The notes: a model not told the origin generated them from the sequence alone. DNA of 63,798 nucleotides, filler included, from Actinomycetota bacterium (GCA_013152275.1; 6 parts of 6 records of this genome joined end to end with filler, not necessarily neighbours in it); one strand, 5' to 3'; counted from the first letter of the whole stretch, positions 51,911-62,436 are shown. Numbers and translations are program-made.

Positions 51911-52427
51911 AGGTGACGAGGGCATGGAATCCCACGTCGTTGAGTGATGCCCGCCCTCCGAGGAATCCCAATTCTATGAAAACGGCCACGCCAACGACCT
52001 CCGCCTCGAGTTGCTGCACGAGACAGATCGCGGCGGCGGCCGTACCGCCCGTTGCGAGAACATCGTCGACGATGAGCACGCGGTCACCCGGACGTACGGC
52101 GTCACGATGCATCTCCAGCGCATCGCTACCGTATTCGAGCTCATAGGTCTGTCGGATGACCTCTGCGGGGAGTTTCCCCGGCTTTCTGATCGGGATGAAA
52201 CCTGCCTTGAGCTGCTCCGCGACAGGAGTGGCCAGGATGAACCCGCGGGCTTCGATGCCTGCCACCTTGTCGATCGTTCCCAGAGGATACGGAGCGCACA
52301 AGCCATCCACCAGGTCGGCAAAGGCCCGCGGATCTGCGAGGACGGGTGTGATGTCCTTGAACACCACTCCCGGCTTCGGGAAGTCTGGAATATCACGAAT
52401 CAAGCTGCGAAAGGATGGATGTTGCAC
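51903..52427 (-). CDS. apt: Adenine phosphoribosyltransferase
   Basis: IPDFPKPGVVFKDITP, EARGF, VDDVLATGGT. Confidence 0.96.
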   Translation of the reverse strand: MQHPSFRSLIRDIPDFPKPGVVFKDITPVLADPRAFADLVDGLCAPYPLGTIDKVAGIEARGFILATPVAEQLKAGFIPIRKPGKLPAEVIRQTYELEYGSDALEMHRDAVRPGDRVLIVDDVLATGGTAAAAICLVQQLEAEVVGVAVFIELGFLGGRASLNDVGFHALVTYD

Positions 52428-52594
52428 CGGAGAAGTGTACCGCACGGGCTCGCTCCCCTCGCGTACCCGACAGTTGGTACTCGGTACACGGCCTTGCGTA
52501 TCGCGGCGTGACGGAGATCCTAGGCCGCCGAGCGACCGTCAAAGCTCCTGTCGGAGGTCGAAACGGCGAGCGCCGGCGGTTGGAAAGCCGACTC

Positions 52595-53704
52595 CTAGCG
52601 CCGGCGGCCCTTCTTCCCCTTCTTCGGTGGTCGCGGGGCGGCCCCACTCTTGCGTTTCGGAGCCGCCTGCGGCGTCTTCGGAGCGGCCTGCGGTGTCTTC
52701 GAAGCCGCGGAGCTCTCGACGGCGGCCTTCTTGGCTCCCCGGCGGCTTCCATCGGCTCGCCCCCGTTCCTTGCGGCGACGTACCCGCTCCCACTCTTCTT
52801 CGTGTTCTTTCCACGTCGCGAGGATCGGCGACGCCACTCCGATCGAGGAATAGGTGCCGGCCGCGATCCCGACGAACAGAGCGAGCGCAAAGTCGCGAAG
52901 TGTGTGGGCGCCGAGGAGGAACGAACCGACGAACAACAGGCTTCCCACCGGTAGGAGGCTCGTCAACGAGGTGTTGATGGAGCGCATCAGGACCTGGTTC
53001 ATCGAACGGTTGACCAGCTCCGAGAGTGTCATCCGGTCGGTGTGCAACTCCTCGATGTTCTCCTTCACCTTGTCGAATACCACGACGGTGTCATAGAGCG
53101 AATAGCCGAGAATCGTCAGCACACCGATGACGGTTGCCGGTGTCACCTCGAATCGTGTGAGAGCGTAGACACCGAACGTGATGATCAGGTCGTGAAAGAG
53201 CGCGGTGATCCCCGAGACGGCCATCTTCCATTCGAGTCGCCACCACATGAACAGGACGACTGCCGCCAGGAACACGACGAGCGCAGTCACCGCACGTCTG
53301 GTGATTTGCGCGCCGAAGGTCGGACCGACCTCATCGATGGAGACCTGGTCGAGCGATGATCCTGAGACCTTCGCGACGGCTTCCTGGAACGCTCGGGATT
53401 CGGCTGGACTCAGGGTTCCGACCTGCACTCGGATGTCGGCACCGCCCGCGAGCATCTGGATCTTTGCGTCGCCGAGCCCGAGTGGCGTCACCGCGTCCCG
53501 GACGGCCGCAACGTCGACACCTGCCACGTTGGTGACCTCGACGGCCACACCGCCCTTGAAATCCAAGCTCAGATTGAGACCGAAGATGGCGATCGCTACG
53601 AGCGAGATCAGTATGAGCGCCGACGAAATCGCGAGCCAGATCCGCTTTGCCCCGACAAAGTCGAAGGAGGTCTCTCCCCGATACAGACGGGTGACGAGGT
53701 TCAT
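52595..53704 (-). CDS. secF: Protein translocase subunit SecF
   Basis: LDFKGG, GYSLYDTVVVFDKVKE, RSINTS, GTYSSI. Confidence 0.96.
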   Translation of the reverse strand: MNLVTRLYRGETSFDFVGAKRIWLAISSALILISLVAIAIFGLNLSLDFKGGVAVEVTNVAGVDVAAVRDAVTPLGLGDAKIQMLAGGADIRVQVGTLSPAESRAFQEAVAKVSGSSLDQVSIDEVGPTFGAQITRRAVTALVVFLAAVVLFMWWRLEWKMAVSGITALFHDLIITFGVYALTRFEVTPATVIGVLTILGYSLYDTVVVFDKVKENIEELHTDRMTLSELVNRSMNQVLMRSINTSLTSLLPVGSLLFVGSFLLGAHTLRDFALALFVGIAAGTYSSIGVASPILATWKEHEEEWERVRRRKERGRADGSRRGAKKAAVESSAASKTPQAAPKTPQAAPKRKSGAAPRPPKKGKKGRRR

Positions 53705-55221
53705 GATGCCTCCTGCACTCCGCCGGCGGCGGCGCGGATACTGAAGAAGCCGCCCTCCCCCAAGGGTCCATGGGAGATGATACTGACGGCGTTTCGAGTG
53801 AAGAAATACGCAACGAGAATGTCGAGGAACGTCGCGATGCCGAGTGTGAGAGCGAAGCCCTTGACGGGACCCACGGCGAGCAGCCACAAGAGCCCTGCGG
53901 CGAGAAACGACACGGTATCCGCGGTGAGGATGGTGTGAAACGCTCTTGTGAAGCCCTCATCAACGGCTGCGCGCATCGTTCTACCTCGATGGAGCTCTTC
54001 TTTGATGCGTTCGTAAAAAACGATATACGAGTCCGCGGTAATACCGACCGAAACCACGATCGCAGTCACGCCGGCGAGCGTGAGCGTGAGTCCGGAGGTC
54101 TTGCTGAGCAATCCGAGGACGATCAGCATCAACGAACCGAAGACACTCAGTCCGACGATCGTCACCACACCCAAAGACCGGTAATAGAGAATCATGTAGA
54201 TCGCCACCAGGATCAGACCGCCGAGACCGGCCACGAGGCCGAATCGCAGCGAGTCTGCACCGAGGGTCGCCGAGACGCTCTGCACCTTGTCACGTTCGAA
54301 GGCGATGGGAAGGGAACCGTACCGCAGGACGACGGCGAGGTCCTGCGCCTCACTCTGTTGAGTGTCCCCGGCGCCGATGGTGATGACCGCGTTGCCTCCG
54401 GCGATTCCAAGGTTCGGATCGACGGTCTCTGCCACCTGTGGCGAGGAGATGACCTTTCCGTCGAGCACGATGGCGATCTGCCGTCTTGGATCCCCGGCCG
54501 GATACTGCGCGGCGGCCTTGGTGATCTCTTGAAACTTGCGGGCTCCGTCGTCGTTGAAGCGCAGATTGACCTGCCACTTGCCGTCGGCACCGAAGTTCGC
54601 CAGCGCCTCGGTGAGGTCCTTGCCGGTCAGCGGGTCAGGCTTGCCTGTCTCAGGATCCAGCAGCGTACCGACCTCGTATCCGGCGATCAGCTTTCCCTCG
54701 GCGTCATACTCGGGGAGCCAGGCGTCCAACAGCGCCGGATCATCCTTTATGGTGTAGCCCGTCGTCGGATCCACGTTCTCGGGAAACGTGGTGGTCGTCG
54801 TCGGCTCGGTCGAAGCCGTGGTCTCGCCAGGCGCCGTCGTGGTCGTCGTCAGGGGCTGAAGCAGAGGACTGCGAAGGAAAGAGGCCTTCACCGGTCTGAA
54901 GGACAGCACGCCTGTCTGGCCGATTGCCTCCAGCGCTCGCTCACGATCGGTGACCCCCGGTAGTTGAACGAGCACACCGTTCTTCCCGCTGATGGAAATC
55001 TCGGGCTCCTGGACACCGAATGCCTCGATGCGCGCCCGCATGATCTCCACGGCTTTCTCGAGCACGTCGGGATCGGTCCCCTCCGGGGCTCGCAGGATGA
55101 CGGAGGTTCCACCCTTGAGGTCCAGACCGAGTTCCGGAGTCGTGTGCGTCGCCACGATCGCGGCCACGCCACCATAGGCGAGCACCAGCACGATGATCAG
55201 AGTGATGACGCGCCGAGCCAT
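53701..55221 (-). CDS. secD: Protein translocase subunit SecD
   Basis: LGLDLKGG, IAIVLDG, VFYERIKEE, VKGFALTL. Confidence 0.96.
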   Translation of the reverse strand: MARRVITLIIVLVLAYGGVAAIVATHTTPELGLDLKGGTSVILRAPEGTDPDVLEKAVEIMRARIEAFGVQEPEISISGKNGVLVQLPGVTDRERALEAIGQTGVLSFRPVKASFLRSPLLQPLTTTTTAPGETTASTEPTTTTTFPENVDPTTGYTIKDDPALLDAWLPEYDAEGKLIAGYEVGTLLDPETGKPDPLTGKDLTEALANFGADGKWQVNLRFNDDGARKFQEITKAAAQYPAGDPRRQIAIVLDGKVISSPQVAETVDPNLGIAGGNAVITIGAGDTQQSEAQDLAVVLRYGSLPIAFERDKVQSVSATLGADSLRFGLVAGLGGLILVAIYMILYYRSLGVVTIVGLSVFGSLMLIVLGLLSKTSGLTLTLAGVTAIVVSVGITADSYIVFYERIKEELHRGRTMRAAVDEGFTRAFHTILTADTVSFLAAGLLWLLAVGPVKGFALTLGIATFLDILVAYFFTRNAVSIISHGPLGEGGFFSIRAAAGGVQEAS

Positions 55222-55223
55222 GG

Positions 55224-55508
55224 TCAGCTCTCTCGCTTCCCGGCAATTGCCCGCCGGGAAATGCGCATCCGTCCTTCTTCGAGTCCGAGCACGACCGAAT
55301 CTTCATCAAGTGAGACCACGACACCGTACACACCGCCGTACGACTGCACCTTGTCGCCGATCTCGAGGCTCGCGGCGACCTCCCGCTGCTTCTTCGCCCT
55401 GACACGCTGCGGTCGGATGAGCAACACATAGAACATCCCGATCAACAACGCAAGGAAGACCAGCGAGGTCCAGGAGCTTCCGCCCGTTGTCTGTGCCAAT
55501 ACCAACAC
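55224..55508 (-). CDS. yajC: Preprotein translocase subunit YajC
   Basis: FYVLLIRPQ, GDKVQSYGG.YG; position between tgt and secD. Confidence 0.9.
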   Translation of the reverse strand: MLVLAQTTGGSSWTSLVFLALLIGMFYVLLIRPQRVRAKKQREVAASLEIGDKVQSYGGVYGVVVSLDEDSVVLGLEEGRMRISRRAIAGKRES

Positions 55509-55552
55509 GTCTACCTTCTTCGTGAGTGCAGCCCGCGCCAAGCGGGCGGCGG

Positions 55553-56671
55553 TCATGCTAGCGAGTCATCCGAGCCGGTGGAAACTCTCCTCGCGAGGGT
55601 CGCGCGCCGAAACGATCGCAACTCTCCCGATTCGATGCTCTCGCGTATCCGGCCCATCAACGACGCCGTGTAGGCGAGATTGTGCACCGTGAGCAGCCGA
55701 AGACCCGTCGGTTCGCCCGTCAGAAAGAGGTGACGCAGATACCCCCTGCTGTGCGCCATGCACGTCCGGCAACCACAGTTCGGATCGAGTGGCCCGCCGG
55801 AGCGCTTGAACTCCGCTCGGCGGATGCCGTAATCACCGGTCGAAGCCAGCACCTTCCCATGGCGAGCGAGCCGTGTCGGCCAAACGCAGTCGAACAGATC
55901 CACACCCCGCAGGACACCGTCGAGCATCCCTTTGGTATCGCCCAGTCCCATCGTGTAACGAACTCGATCTTCCGGAAGTTCCGCGACCACGACTTCGATC
56001 GCACGATTGCGCTCGGCTTCCGACTCCCCCACGGAGAGCCCCCCGATACCGAACCCGTCGAATCCCAGAGTCGCCGTCACCGCCGCGCTCCTCTTCCGAA
56101 ACTCGCGGTCGGTGCCGCCTTGGACGATCCCGAAGAGCGCCTGATCTTCCCTCTCACGCACCTTTGCCGCCCGGGCGGACCACCGCAGCGTCCGTTCCAT
56201 GGCGTATTGGACGTCTTCTCGGGATGCCGGCAGGCCGATGAGAACGTCCAAGACCATCGCGATGTCGGAACCGAGATTCTCCTGGACGGCCACGGCGCTC
56301 TCCGGCGTGAGTTCCACTCGGGAGCCGTCGTATGAGGATCGGAACTCCACACCTTCCTCGGTCACCTTCGCGTCGAGCGAGAAGATCTGGTATCCACCGG
56401 AATCGGTCAAGATCGGAGCATCCCAGCCCATGAACGCGTGCAGGCCTCCGAGGTCACGGACGACGTCATCCCCCGGGCGGAGCATCAGGTGGTAGGTGTT
56501 GGCGAGCACCATCTGTGCGCCTGCCTCGGCCAGATCGCGCGTATCGACCATCTTGACCGTGCCCCGGGTTCCCACCGGCATGAATGCAGGGGTCCTGACC
56601 ACACCGTGTGATGTCGCCAGGGTTCCTGTTCGCGCTGCTCCGTCGATCGCCCCGATTTCGAACCGCATCAT
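55553..56671 (-). CDS. tgt: tRNA-guanine transglycosylase
   Basis: TPAFMPVGT, NTYHL, TDSGGYQ, GIVQGG, FDCVWPTR, CGCRTC zinc site. Confidence 0.96.
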   Translation of the reverse strand: MMRFEIGAIDGAARTGTLATSHGVVRTPAFMPVGTRGTVKMVDTRDLAEAGAQMVLANTYHLMLRPGDDVVRDLGGLHAFMGWDAPILTDSGGYQIFSLDAKVTEEGVEFRSSYDGSRVELTPESAVAVQENLGSDIAMVLDVLIGLPASREDVQYAMERTLRWSARAAKVREREDQALFGIVQGGTDREFRKRSAAVTATLGFDGFGIGGLSVGESEAERNRAIEVVVAELPEDRVRYTMGLGDTKGMLDGVLRGVDLFDCVWPTRLARHGKVLASTGDYGIRRAEFKRSGGPLDPNCGCRTCMAHSRGYLRHLFLTGEPTGLRLLTVHNLAYTASLMGRIRESIESGELRSFRRATLARRVSTGSDDSLA

Positions 56672-57669
56672 CGCTCCGCGTACATGGCGTCCCCGAATGA
56701 GAGGAAACGGTAACCGCGATCGAGGGCCGTCGCATAGACACTCCTCCATCGCCTACCGAGAAAGGCCGCCACGAGAACGACAAGCGATGACCGGGGGATG
56801 TGGAAGTTGGTCACCAACGCATCGACGACGGTGAAGTCGTAGCCCGGTCGGATGAACAAGTCTGTCGAGTCTTGACCCGGTCGCACCTCGTTTCCGACCG
56901 ATGCGGCCTCGAGGGCCCTCACGACGGTGGTTCCGATGGCCACGACACGACCGCCACGCCTGCGGGTCTCGGACACCGCGGCGGCCGTTTCGACCGGTAT
57001 CGAGAAGCGTTCCGTGTGCATCTCATGATGTTCGACGTACTCGGTATCGATCGGTCGGAACGTATCCAAGCCCACCTGGAGGTCCACGGTGGCGACACCG
57101 ACCCCACGATCGCCCAGCTCGGCCAGAACGGGACCACTGAAGTGCAGGCCGGCCGTCGGCGCAGCCGCCGATCCGACCTTGTCGGCAAACACCGTTTGGT
57201 ACTCCTCCGGGTCGGATGGTCCGGCCGTGATGTACGGCGGAAGAGGCACTTCTCCATGAGCGGCAATCAACGCCTCGATATCGTCGCCCTCCAGGTCGAG
57301 CAGTGCCTTGCCGCGGACGGGATCCTCGAGGATGCGTCCGCGCAACTCCCCGAATCGCAGCCTGGTTCCCGCGCGCAAACGCCGGGCGGGTCGAACCAGG
57401 GCCTCCCAGCGACCATCGTCCAGCCGGGTCAGGATCAACGCCTCGACCGCACCACCTGTCTCCTCCTTGTGGCCGTGGAGGCGAGCCGCTCGCACCCTCG
57501 TGTTGTTGACGACCACCAGGTCGCCCGACATGAGCAGGGCAGGCAGATCCCGGAACGTCCGGTCGGTGAGATCCCTCACGTCGAGCAGTCGGGCCGCATC
57601 CCTGGGTGCGACCGGCCTTTGGGCGATCGCGTCCCTGGGCAGGACGTAGTCGAACTCGCTGGTCCGCAT
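56668..57669 (-). CDS. queA: S-adenosylmethionine:tRNA ribosyltransferase-isomerase
   Basis: PLPPYI, YQTVFA, AAPTAGLHF, TNFH, YRFLSFGDAM. Confidence 0.96.
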   Translation of the reverse strand: MRTSEFDYVLPRDAIAQRPVAPRDAARLLDVRDLTDRTFRDLPALLMSGDLVVVNNTRVRAARLHGHKEETGGAVEALILTRLDDGRWEALVRPARRLRAGTRLRFGELRGRILEDPVRGKALLDLEGDDIEALIAAHGEVPLPPYITAGPSDPEEYQTVFADKVGSAAAPTAGLHFSGPVLAELGDRGVGVATVDLQVGLDTFRPIDTEYVEHHEMHTERFSIPVETAAAVSETRRRGGRVVAIGTTVVRALEAASVGNEVRPGQDSTDLFIRPGYDFTVVDALVTNFHIPRSSLVVLVAAFLGRRWRSVYATALDRGYRFLSFGDAMYAER

Positions 57670-57686
57670 GACCTGCTCTGTTCTCA

Positions 57687-57786
57687 NNNNNNNNNNNNNN
57701 NNNNNNNNNNNNNNNNNNNNNNNNNNNNNNTTAATTAATTAANNNNNNNNNNNNNNNNNNNNNNNNNNNNNNNNNNNNNNNNNNNN
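57687..57786. other. Artificial contig-joining linker
   Basis: N-run/TTAATTAATTAA/N-run. Confidence 0.98.
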
Positions 57787-57915
57787 GACCACAGGGGCCT
57801 CCTCGACCACAGGGGCCTCCTCGACCACAGGGGCCTCCTCGACCACAGGGGCCTCCTCGACCACAGGGGCCTCCTCGACCACAGGGGCCTCCTCAGCCAC
57901 AGGGGCCTCCTCGAC
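57787..57915. repeat. 18-bp tandem repeat (GACCACAGGGGCCTCCTC, >=7 copies) encoding EEAPVV
   Basis: Direct inspection; runs into the contig end. Confidence 0.92.
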
Positions 57916-58467
57916 CTCGGAAGCTGCTCCTTCAACCGGGGAATCCCCGGATGCTTCTTTCTTCTCGAGCAGTTGTGAGAGCATCGACGCCGCGTTGCGC
58001 GGCAGGGCCTGCAACAACCCGGCGAGTTTCACCATGGGTGCCTCGAACGCACCGGCCACCCTGCCAAGCAGGACGTCGCGCGGCTCGATGTCGGCAAGTC
58101 TGGCGATCTTCTCCGGCAGGAGGATCTCTCCGGCCAAGATGCCGCCCTTGATGATCAGCCGCTCGTGCTCCTTCGCGAAATCACGAAGTGCCTTCGCGAC
58201 CGGGACCGGATCGTTGGCGGCAAACGCCAGCGCCGTCGGACCGGCAAGGACATCGTGGAGTCCCTCCAGGCCTTCTGCATCGGCGGCCAGTCGGGCCAAG
58301 GACATCTTGACCACCTTGTACTCGCCATCGGCTTGCCGCAAAGCGGCCCGAAGGGTCTGCTGCTCGGCAACCGTCAGACCGCGGTACTCGGTGACGAATG
58401 TCGCCCTCGCTTCGGTCAGCCGCTGTCGGATCTCTTCAACTGCCTGGACCTTGTCAGGTCTTGGCAT
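57787..58467 (-). CDS. rplJ: 50S ribosomal protein L10 with acidic repeat tail, 3' truncated by contig edge
   Basis: TEYRGLTV, YKVVK, GPTALAF; position downstream of rplA. Confidence 0.95.
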
Positions 58468-58519
58468 TGCTCCTCCTCTATAAGTAAGGCTCCTCGCCGA
58501 ATTACGACAGGAGCCACTG

Positions 58520-58592
58520 TGAGCGGAACCTGCGTGGGCCGGGGGATTTCCCCATTTGAGCTCTGCGAGCGCCAACGGTCTTCGGTCGAGGT
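58520..58592 (-). promoter_or_regulatory. Putative L10 leader (autogenous translational operator)
   Basis: Minus strand CCGAAGACCGTTGG...GGGGGAAATCCCCC...CCCACGCAGG just upstream of rplJ; resembles the known L10 leader pattern. Confidence 0.65.
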
Positions 58593-58658
58593 GATAGGAG
58601 TTGTGGCCGGCACGATAGCAGTCTCATGACACAGCCGGCCATTCGGCCACGACCCGAC

Positions 58659-58727
58659 GTCGCCAGTCGCCAGTCGCCAGTCGCCAGTCGCCAGTCGCCA
58701 GTCGCCAGTCGCCAGTCGCCAGTCGCC
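58659..58727. repeat. Perfect heptamer microsatellite (GTCGCCA)x9 plus a partial copy
   Basis: Direct inspection. Confidence 0.95.
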
Positions 58728-59021
58728 GAGACGTTCCCGGCAAGACGACACCGCGTCAACTACTGCAAACTGGCCAACTGGCCTCTGGACATCGCCCCTC
58801 GGCTGTGCGACACTCATGGCGGACAGCTTCGGGGTCTCCGTTCAGGCGCAAGGCGCCGCAGGAGAAGACGTAGACAAAGGGCAACCGGGGTCGCTCCGGC
58901 CGAATGTGCAGCCCCTACCCTGCACTCGCCGTTGAGAGGCTTCGGGAGAGGCGGCCGCCCATCGCCGTCGCCCAGGCTCCCCGCATGGAGCCGGCGTCTC
59001 TCCGTTCGGAGACCCCGATAT

Positions 59022-59056
59022 CCTTGAAGGCCCGGGCAGAGCCCGGGCCTTCAAGG
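59022..59056. terminator. Perfect 16-bp stem hairpin downstream of rplA (possible terminator or REP-like element)
   Basis: CCTTGAAGGCCCGGGC-AGA-GCCCGGGCCTTCAAGG; no U-tract. Confidence 0.5.
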
Positions 59057-59166
59057 TGCCTTTCCTGGTACTTCGTACCGCGACCTCGCATCGAAGCAAG
59101 ACCTCGGGGCGGGTGTAGCGGCTGTCGGCCCTCCGAGGCACGTGCCATTCATCGCCCAGCGAGTTC

Positions 59167-59883
59167 CTAGTGCACCAGAGCGATCAGGTCGTCGACGGCC
59201 CCGACATCCACCTTGACGCCTGGCCCCATCGTCGAGGACAAGCTCATGTTGCGAAGGAATCGACCCTTGGTGGATGCGGGCCTTGCACGAACGATCTCGG
59301 AGGTCAGGGCAGCGAGGTTTTCGAGGAGCTTCTGAACATCGAACGAGACCTTCCCGATGGGAGCATGTATGTTGCCGTAGCGATCGTTGCGGTACTCGAT
59401 CTTTCCACCTTTGAAGTCTCGCACCGCCTTCTCGACATCGATGGTGACGGTCCCGGCCTTGGGGTTCGGCATGAGCCCACGAGGGCCGAGTACCCGGCCG
59501 AGTTTGCCAACCTCGGCCATCATGGAGGGAGTGGCGATCACCACGTCGAAATCGAGCGCCCGACCTGCCTGAATCTCTGCGGCGAGTTCCTTGCCGCCGA
59601 CGATGTCCGCACCGGCGGCTTCGGCCTCACGGGCCTTGTCGCCATCGGCAAAGACTGCGACCCGAACCGTCTTGCCGGTTCCGTGCGGCAGGCTGACGGT
59701 GCCGCGCACCAACTGGTCGGCCTTCCTCGGATCGATCCCAAGTCGGTACGCCACTTCGACGGTCTCGTCGAACTTCGCGTAGGCGAACATCTTGACCAGT
59801 TCGATTGCTTCTTCCGGCGAGTACGCCGTGTGGATGTCGTACCGCAGCGCGGCTTGCGAGTAATTCTTGCCGTGTTTCGGCAT
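59167..59883 (-). CDS. rplA: 50S ribosomal protein L1
   Basis: [37 protein letters not shown]. Confidence 0.98.
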   Translation of the reverse strand: MPKHGKNYSQAALRYDIHTAYSPEEAIELVKMFAYAKFDETVEVAYRLGIDPRKADQLVRGTVSLPHGTGKTVRVAVFADGDKAREAEAAGADIVGGKELAAEIQAGRALDFDVVIATPSMMAEVGKLGRVLGPRGLMPNPKAGTVTIDVEKAVRDFKGGKIEYRNDRYGNIHAPIGKVSFDVQKLLENLAALTSEIVRARPASTKGRFLRNMSLSSTMGPGVKVDVGAVDDLIALVH

Positions 59884-59982
59884 TGTTCACCTCCGTGGTT
59901 CAAACGGCCCGCTCTCCGACGAGCCTCCCATCTCCGTTTTGTACCGAGTGCCCGGTACCTGGTCCGGACGTCCGAGCCTTGC

Positions 59983-60411
59983 TCAGGCATCCACCGTTAT
60001 TCCCATCGAACGCGCCGTGCCCTCGATGATCTTCATCGCCCCTTCGATATCCACCGCATTCAGGTCCGGCATCTTCGTCTCGGCGATCTGACGAATCTGC
60101 TCACGGGTCACACTGCCCACTTTCTCCGATTGCGGCGTCGCCGAGCCCTTCTCGACACGTGCCGCCTGACGCAGGAGGACCGCCGCCGGCGGCGTCTTCG
60201 TCACAAACGTGAACGTGCGATCTTCGTAGATCGAAATCTCGACAGGGACAATGGTTCCCGTCTGGCTCTCCGTTGCAGCGTTGTACGCGCGAACGAAGTC
60301 CATGATGTTCACGCCGTGCTGACCCAGCGCGGGGCCGACCGGTGGAGCGGGAGTTGCCTGTCCGGCGGGGATCTGCAGTTTCAGAATCGCGGCCAGTTTC
60401 TTTCGTGCCAT
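59983..60411 (-). CDS. rplK: 50S ribosomal protein L11
   Basis: [28 protein letters not shown]. Confidence 0.98.
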   Translation of the reverse strand: MARKKLAAILKLQIPAGQATPAPPVGPALGQHGVNIMDFVRAYNAATESQTGTIVPVEISIYEDRTFTFVTKTPPAAVLLRQAARVEKGSATPQSEKVGSVTREQIRQIAETKMPDLNAVDIEGAMKIIEGTARSMGITVDA

Positions 60412-60420
60412 TTCATGTCC

Positions 60421-60448
60421 TCAGTCTTCGGTTCTCGGTCTTCGGTCC
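60421..60448. repeat. Degenerate heptamer tract (TCAGTCT TCGGTTC TCGGTCT TCGGTCC)
   Basis: 7-nt periodicity in nusG-rplK spacer; same family as 40413-40447. Confidence 0.7.
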
Positions 60449-60510
60449 CGGCCAACGGCCACCAGCGCACAACCCTCTTACCGGCTACTGGAGGCTGGAA
60501 GCCGACTTTC

Positions 60511-61089
60511 CTACTGCTTCTGGATGTCGCCGAACCCCAACTCGACAGGGGTGTCGCGACCAAAGATATTCACAAGGACGGTGACCTTCTGCTGATCGAC
60601 GTCCATGTCTTCGATGACACCGTTGAAATCGGCGAACGGTCCGGTGACCACACGCACCGTCTCCCCGATCTCCCATGCCGGCTTGAAGCGAGGTGCCTTC
60701 TTCTTGGGTTCGATATCCTGCACGCCCAGGAACCGTTCGACTTCGCGCCGTGACAGCGGTGTCGGTTTCACGCCGGAGCCGACGAAGCCGGTCACACCCG
60801 GAGTGTTGCGCACGGCGTACCACGAGTCGTCATCGAGATACATCCGCACGAGGAGGTATCCGGGGAAGACCTTCTTCGGGACGGTCACCTTGCGCCCACC
60901 CTTGAACTCGACGACGTCCTCCATCGGAATGACGACCTCAAAGATCCTGTCTTCGATGTGCATCGAGCGTGCCCGCGACTCGAGGTTGGCCTTGACCTTG
61001 TTCTCGTACCCGGAGTAGGAGTGCACGACGTACCAGTCGCCTGGCAGGTCGTATGGGCTGACGGGTCGTTCTTCGACGGTTTCGGTCAT
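60511..61089 (-). CDS. nusG: Transcription factor NusG
   Basis: WYVVHSYSGYENKVK, FPGYLLV, VRNTPGVTGFVG, IFGRDTPVEL. Confidence 0.98.
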   Translation of the reverse strand: MTETVEERPVSPYDLPGDWYVVHSYSGYENKVKANLESRARSMHIEDRIFEVVIPMEDVVEFKGGRKVTVPKKVFPGYLLVRMYLDDDSWYAVRNTPGVTGFVGSGVKPTPLSRREVERFLGVQDIEPKKKAPRFKPAWEIGETVRVVTGPFADFNGVIEDMDVDQQKVTVLVNIFGRDTPVELGFGDIQKQ

Positions 61090-61391
61090 CAGATCCCCAG
61101 GAAGAAGAGGACGCCATCTTTGAAGAAGAAGTCCAGAGCGAAAATGTAGATCGTCAATGCAGTCGAGGTGATGACCGTTACCGTCGTAAACGCGATGAGC
61201 TCCTCTCGGCTCGGCCAAGATACTCTCTTGAGCTCGGCCCGAACCTCACGGATGAACCGTTGCAGGCGTTGCATCAGTGAAAGCTGCTCGTTCCCGCGCT
61301 GGGGACGCCGCTTACGCTGCTGCTGCTTCTTCCTCTTTTGTTTCAGTCGCCGGTCCTCACGGTCTTGGAGCCGGCGCATCTCTCGGTTCAT
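61089..61391 (-). CDS. secE: Preprotein translocase subunit SecE
   Basis: EVRAELKRVSWPSREE plus one TM segment; between tRNA-Trp and nusG. Confidence 0.95.
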   Translation of the reverse strand: MNREMRRLQDREDRRLKQKRKKQQQRKRRPQRGNEQLSLMQRLQRFIREVRAELKRVSWPSREELIAFTTVTVITSTALTIYIFALDFFFKDGVLFFLGI

Positions 61392-61406
61392 CTTCTTACC
61401 TCTCGG

Positions 61407-61482
61407 CAGGGGTGGAGGGACTCGAACCCCCAACCTCCGGTTTTGGAGACCGGCGCTCTAACCAACTTCGAGCTACACCCCT
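61407..61482 (-). tRNA. tRNA-Trp (CCA); 3' CCA not encoded
   Basis: AGGGGTG acceptor stem, CCGGT-CTCCAAA-ACCGG anticodon arm, GGTTCGAGTCC T-loop; canonical position upstream of secE. Confidence 0.95.
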
Positions 61483-61540
61483 AGGGGTTCGGGACGGATG
61501 ACGATTATACGTTCACCCGATTGAGGCTGTAAAACCCCGG

Positions 61541-61876
61541 TCAGCTCGCCGGCCGCAGCCGGCGTCGGCCCCATATTGCCACAGCAGCACCGGCAACCAA
61601 GAAGGCGACGGCGACCCGAGCCCTCGAAGGTTTGGCCGTGGCGGAGACGGGACGGTCGAGCACGGACATGACTCTGGTGACGAACCACCGGGGGGCAGAC
61701 ACGGTCTCGCTCTTGAATTCGAGGAGGGCCCTGCGAACGGTCCGATACCCCGCGACGTCCGCCTGGCAGACGAGACAGTGGTCGACATGTGCCTGGTCGG
61801 CTTCACCGAGTGGCACGTTGCCGAGAATGTGTCCGGGTAGCAACATGCGCACCTTCCGGCATCGCAACCAGCTCAT
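61541..61876 (-). CDS. Zinc-binding anti-sigma factor (zf-HC2/ZAS)
   Basis: C...HVDHCLVC (HxxxCxxC) plus C-terminal TM; coupled to ECF sigma. Confidence 0.82.
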   Translation of the reverse strand: MSWLRCRKVRMLLPGHILGNVPLGEADQAHVDHCLVCQADVAGYRTVRRALLEFKSETVSAPRWFVTRVMSVLDRPVSATAKPSRARVAVAFLVAGAAVAIWGRRRLRPAS

Positions 61877-62436
61877 AGCTCTTCCCGCAAGTACTCACGC
61901 AACTTGACGTGGGCACGATGGAGCCGCACCTTTGCGGCCGTCACGGTGATACCGAGCACCTCGGCAATCTCCCCGTGGGTCCAGCCTTCAACGTCCTTGA
62001 GGACGACGAGCTTGCGATGCACCTCGGGCAAGCGAGCGAGCGCACTCTGCAACGCCATGCGCAACACGGCGCTCTCGCCTGCTCGTTCGGGAGTGAGCCA
62101 GCCCGGGTCTGCCACATCACCGGCCTCGTCGAGCGACCCGGCCGACCGGCGCTTGGAACGGGTCCGTAACGTCCATGCCGTATTGACGGTGATGCGGTGG
62201 ATCCAGGTGGAGAACGCGGCGTCACCGCGGAACCGTGGGAGGGCCCGCCACGCCCTGATCATCGCTTCCTGTGCCACATCTGCCGCCATCTCTCGGTTTC
62301 CCACCAATCTGAGCGCCAAGCTGAACACTTCGTGTTGATGCAGTTCCACCAACCGTTCGAACGCCTCCGAGTCTCCGGCGCGGGCACGGTTGACCAGTGC
62401 ATCGATCTCACTGCGTTCGACCCCCGGGTTCGTCAT
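61873..62436 (-). CDS. ECF RNA polymerase sigma factor
   Basis: DVAQEAMIRAWRALPRFRG..AFSTWIHRI; LKDVEGWTHGEIA...AAKVRLHRA. Confidence 0.92.
   Translation of the reverse strand: MTNPGVERSEIDALVNRARAGDSEAFERLVELHQHEVFSLALRLVGNREMAADVAQEAMIRAWRALPRFRGDAAFSTWIHRITVNTAWTLRTRSKRRSAGSLDEAGDVADPGWLTPERAGESAVLRMALQSALARLPEVHRKLVVLKDVEGWTHGEIAEVLGITVTAAKVRLHRAHVKLREYLREEL

Noticed and set aside
58659..58727. CRISPR array or real protein (LATGDWR repeats)
   Set aside because: Spacerless heptamer microsatellite; overlapping ORFs are translations of the repeat.
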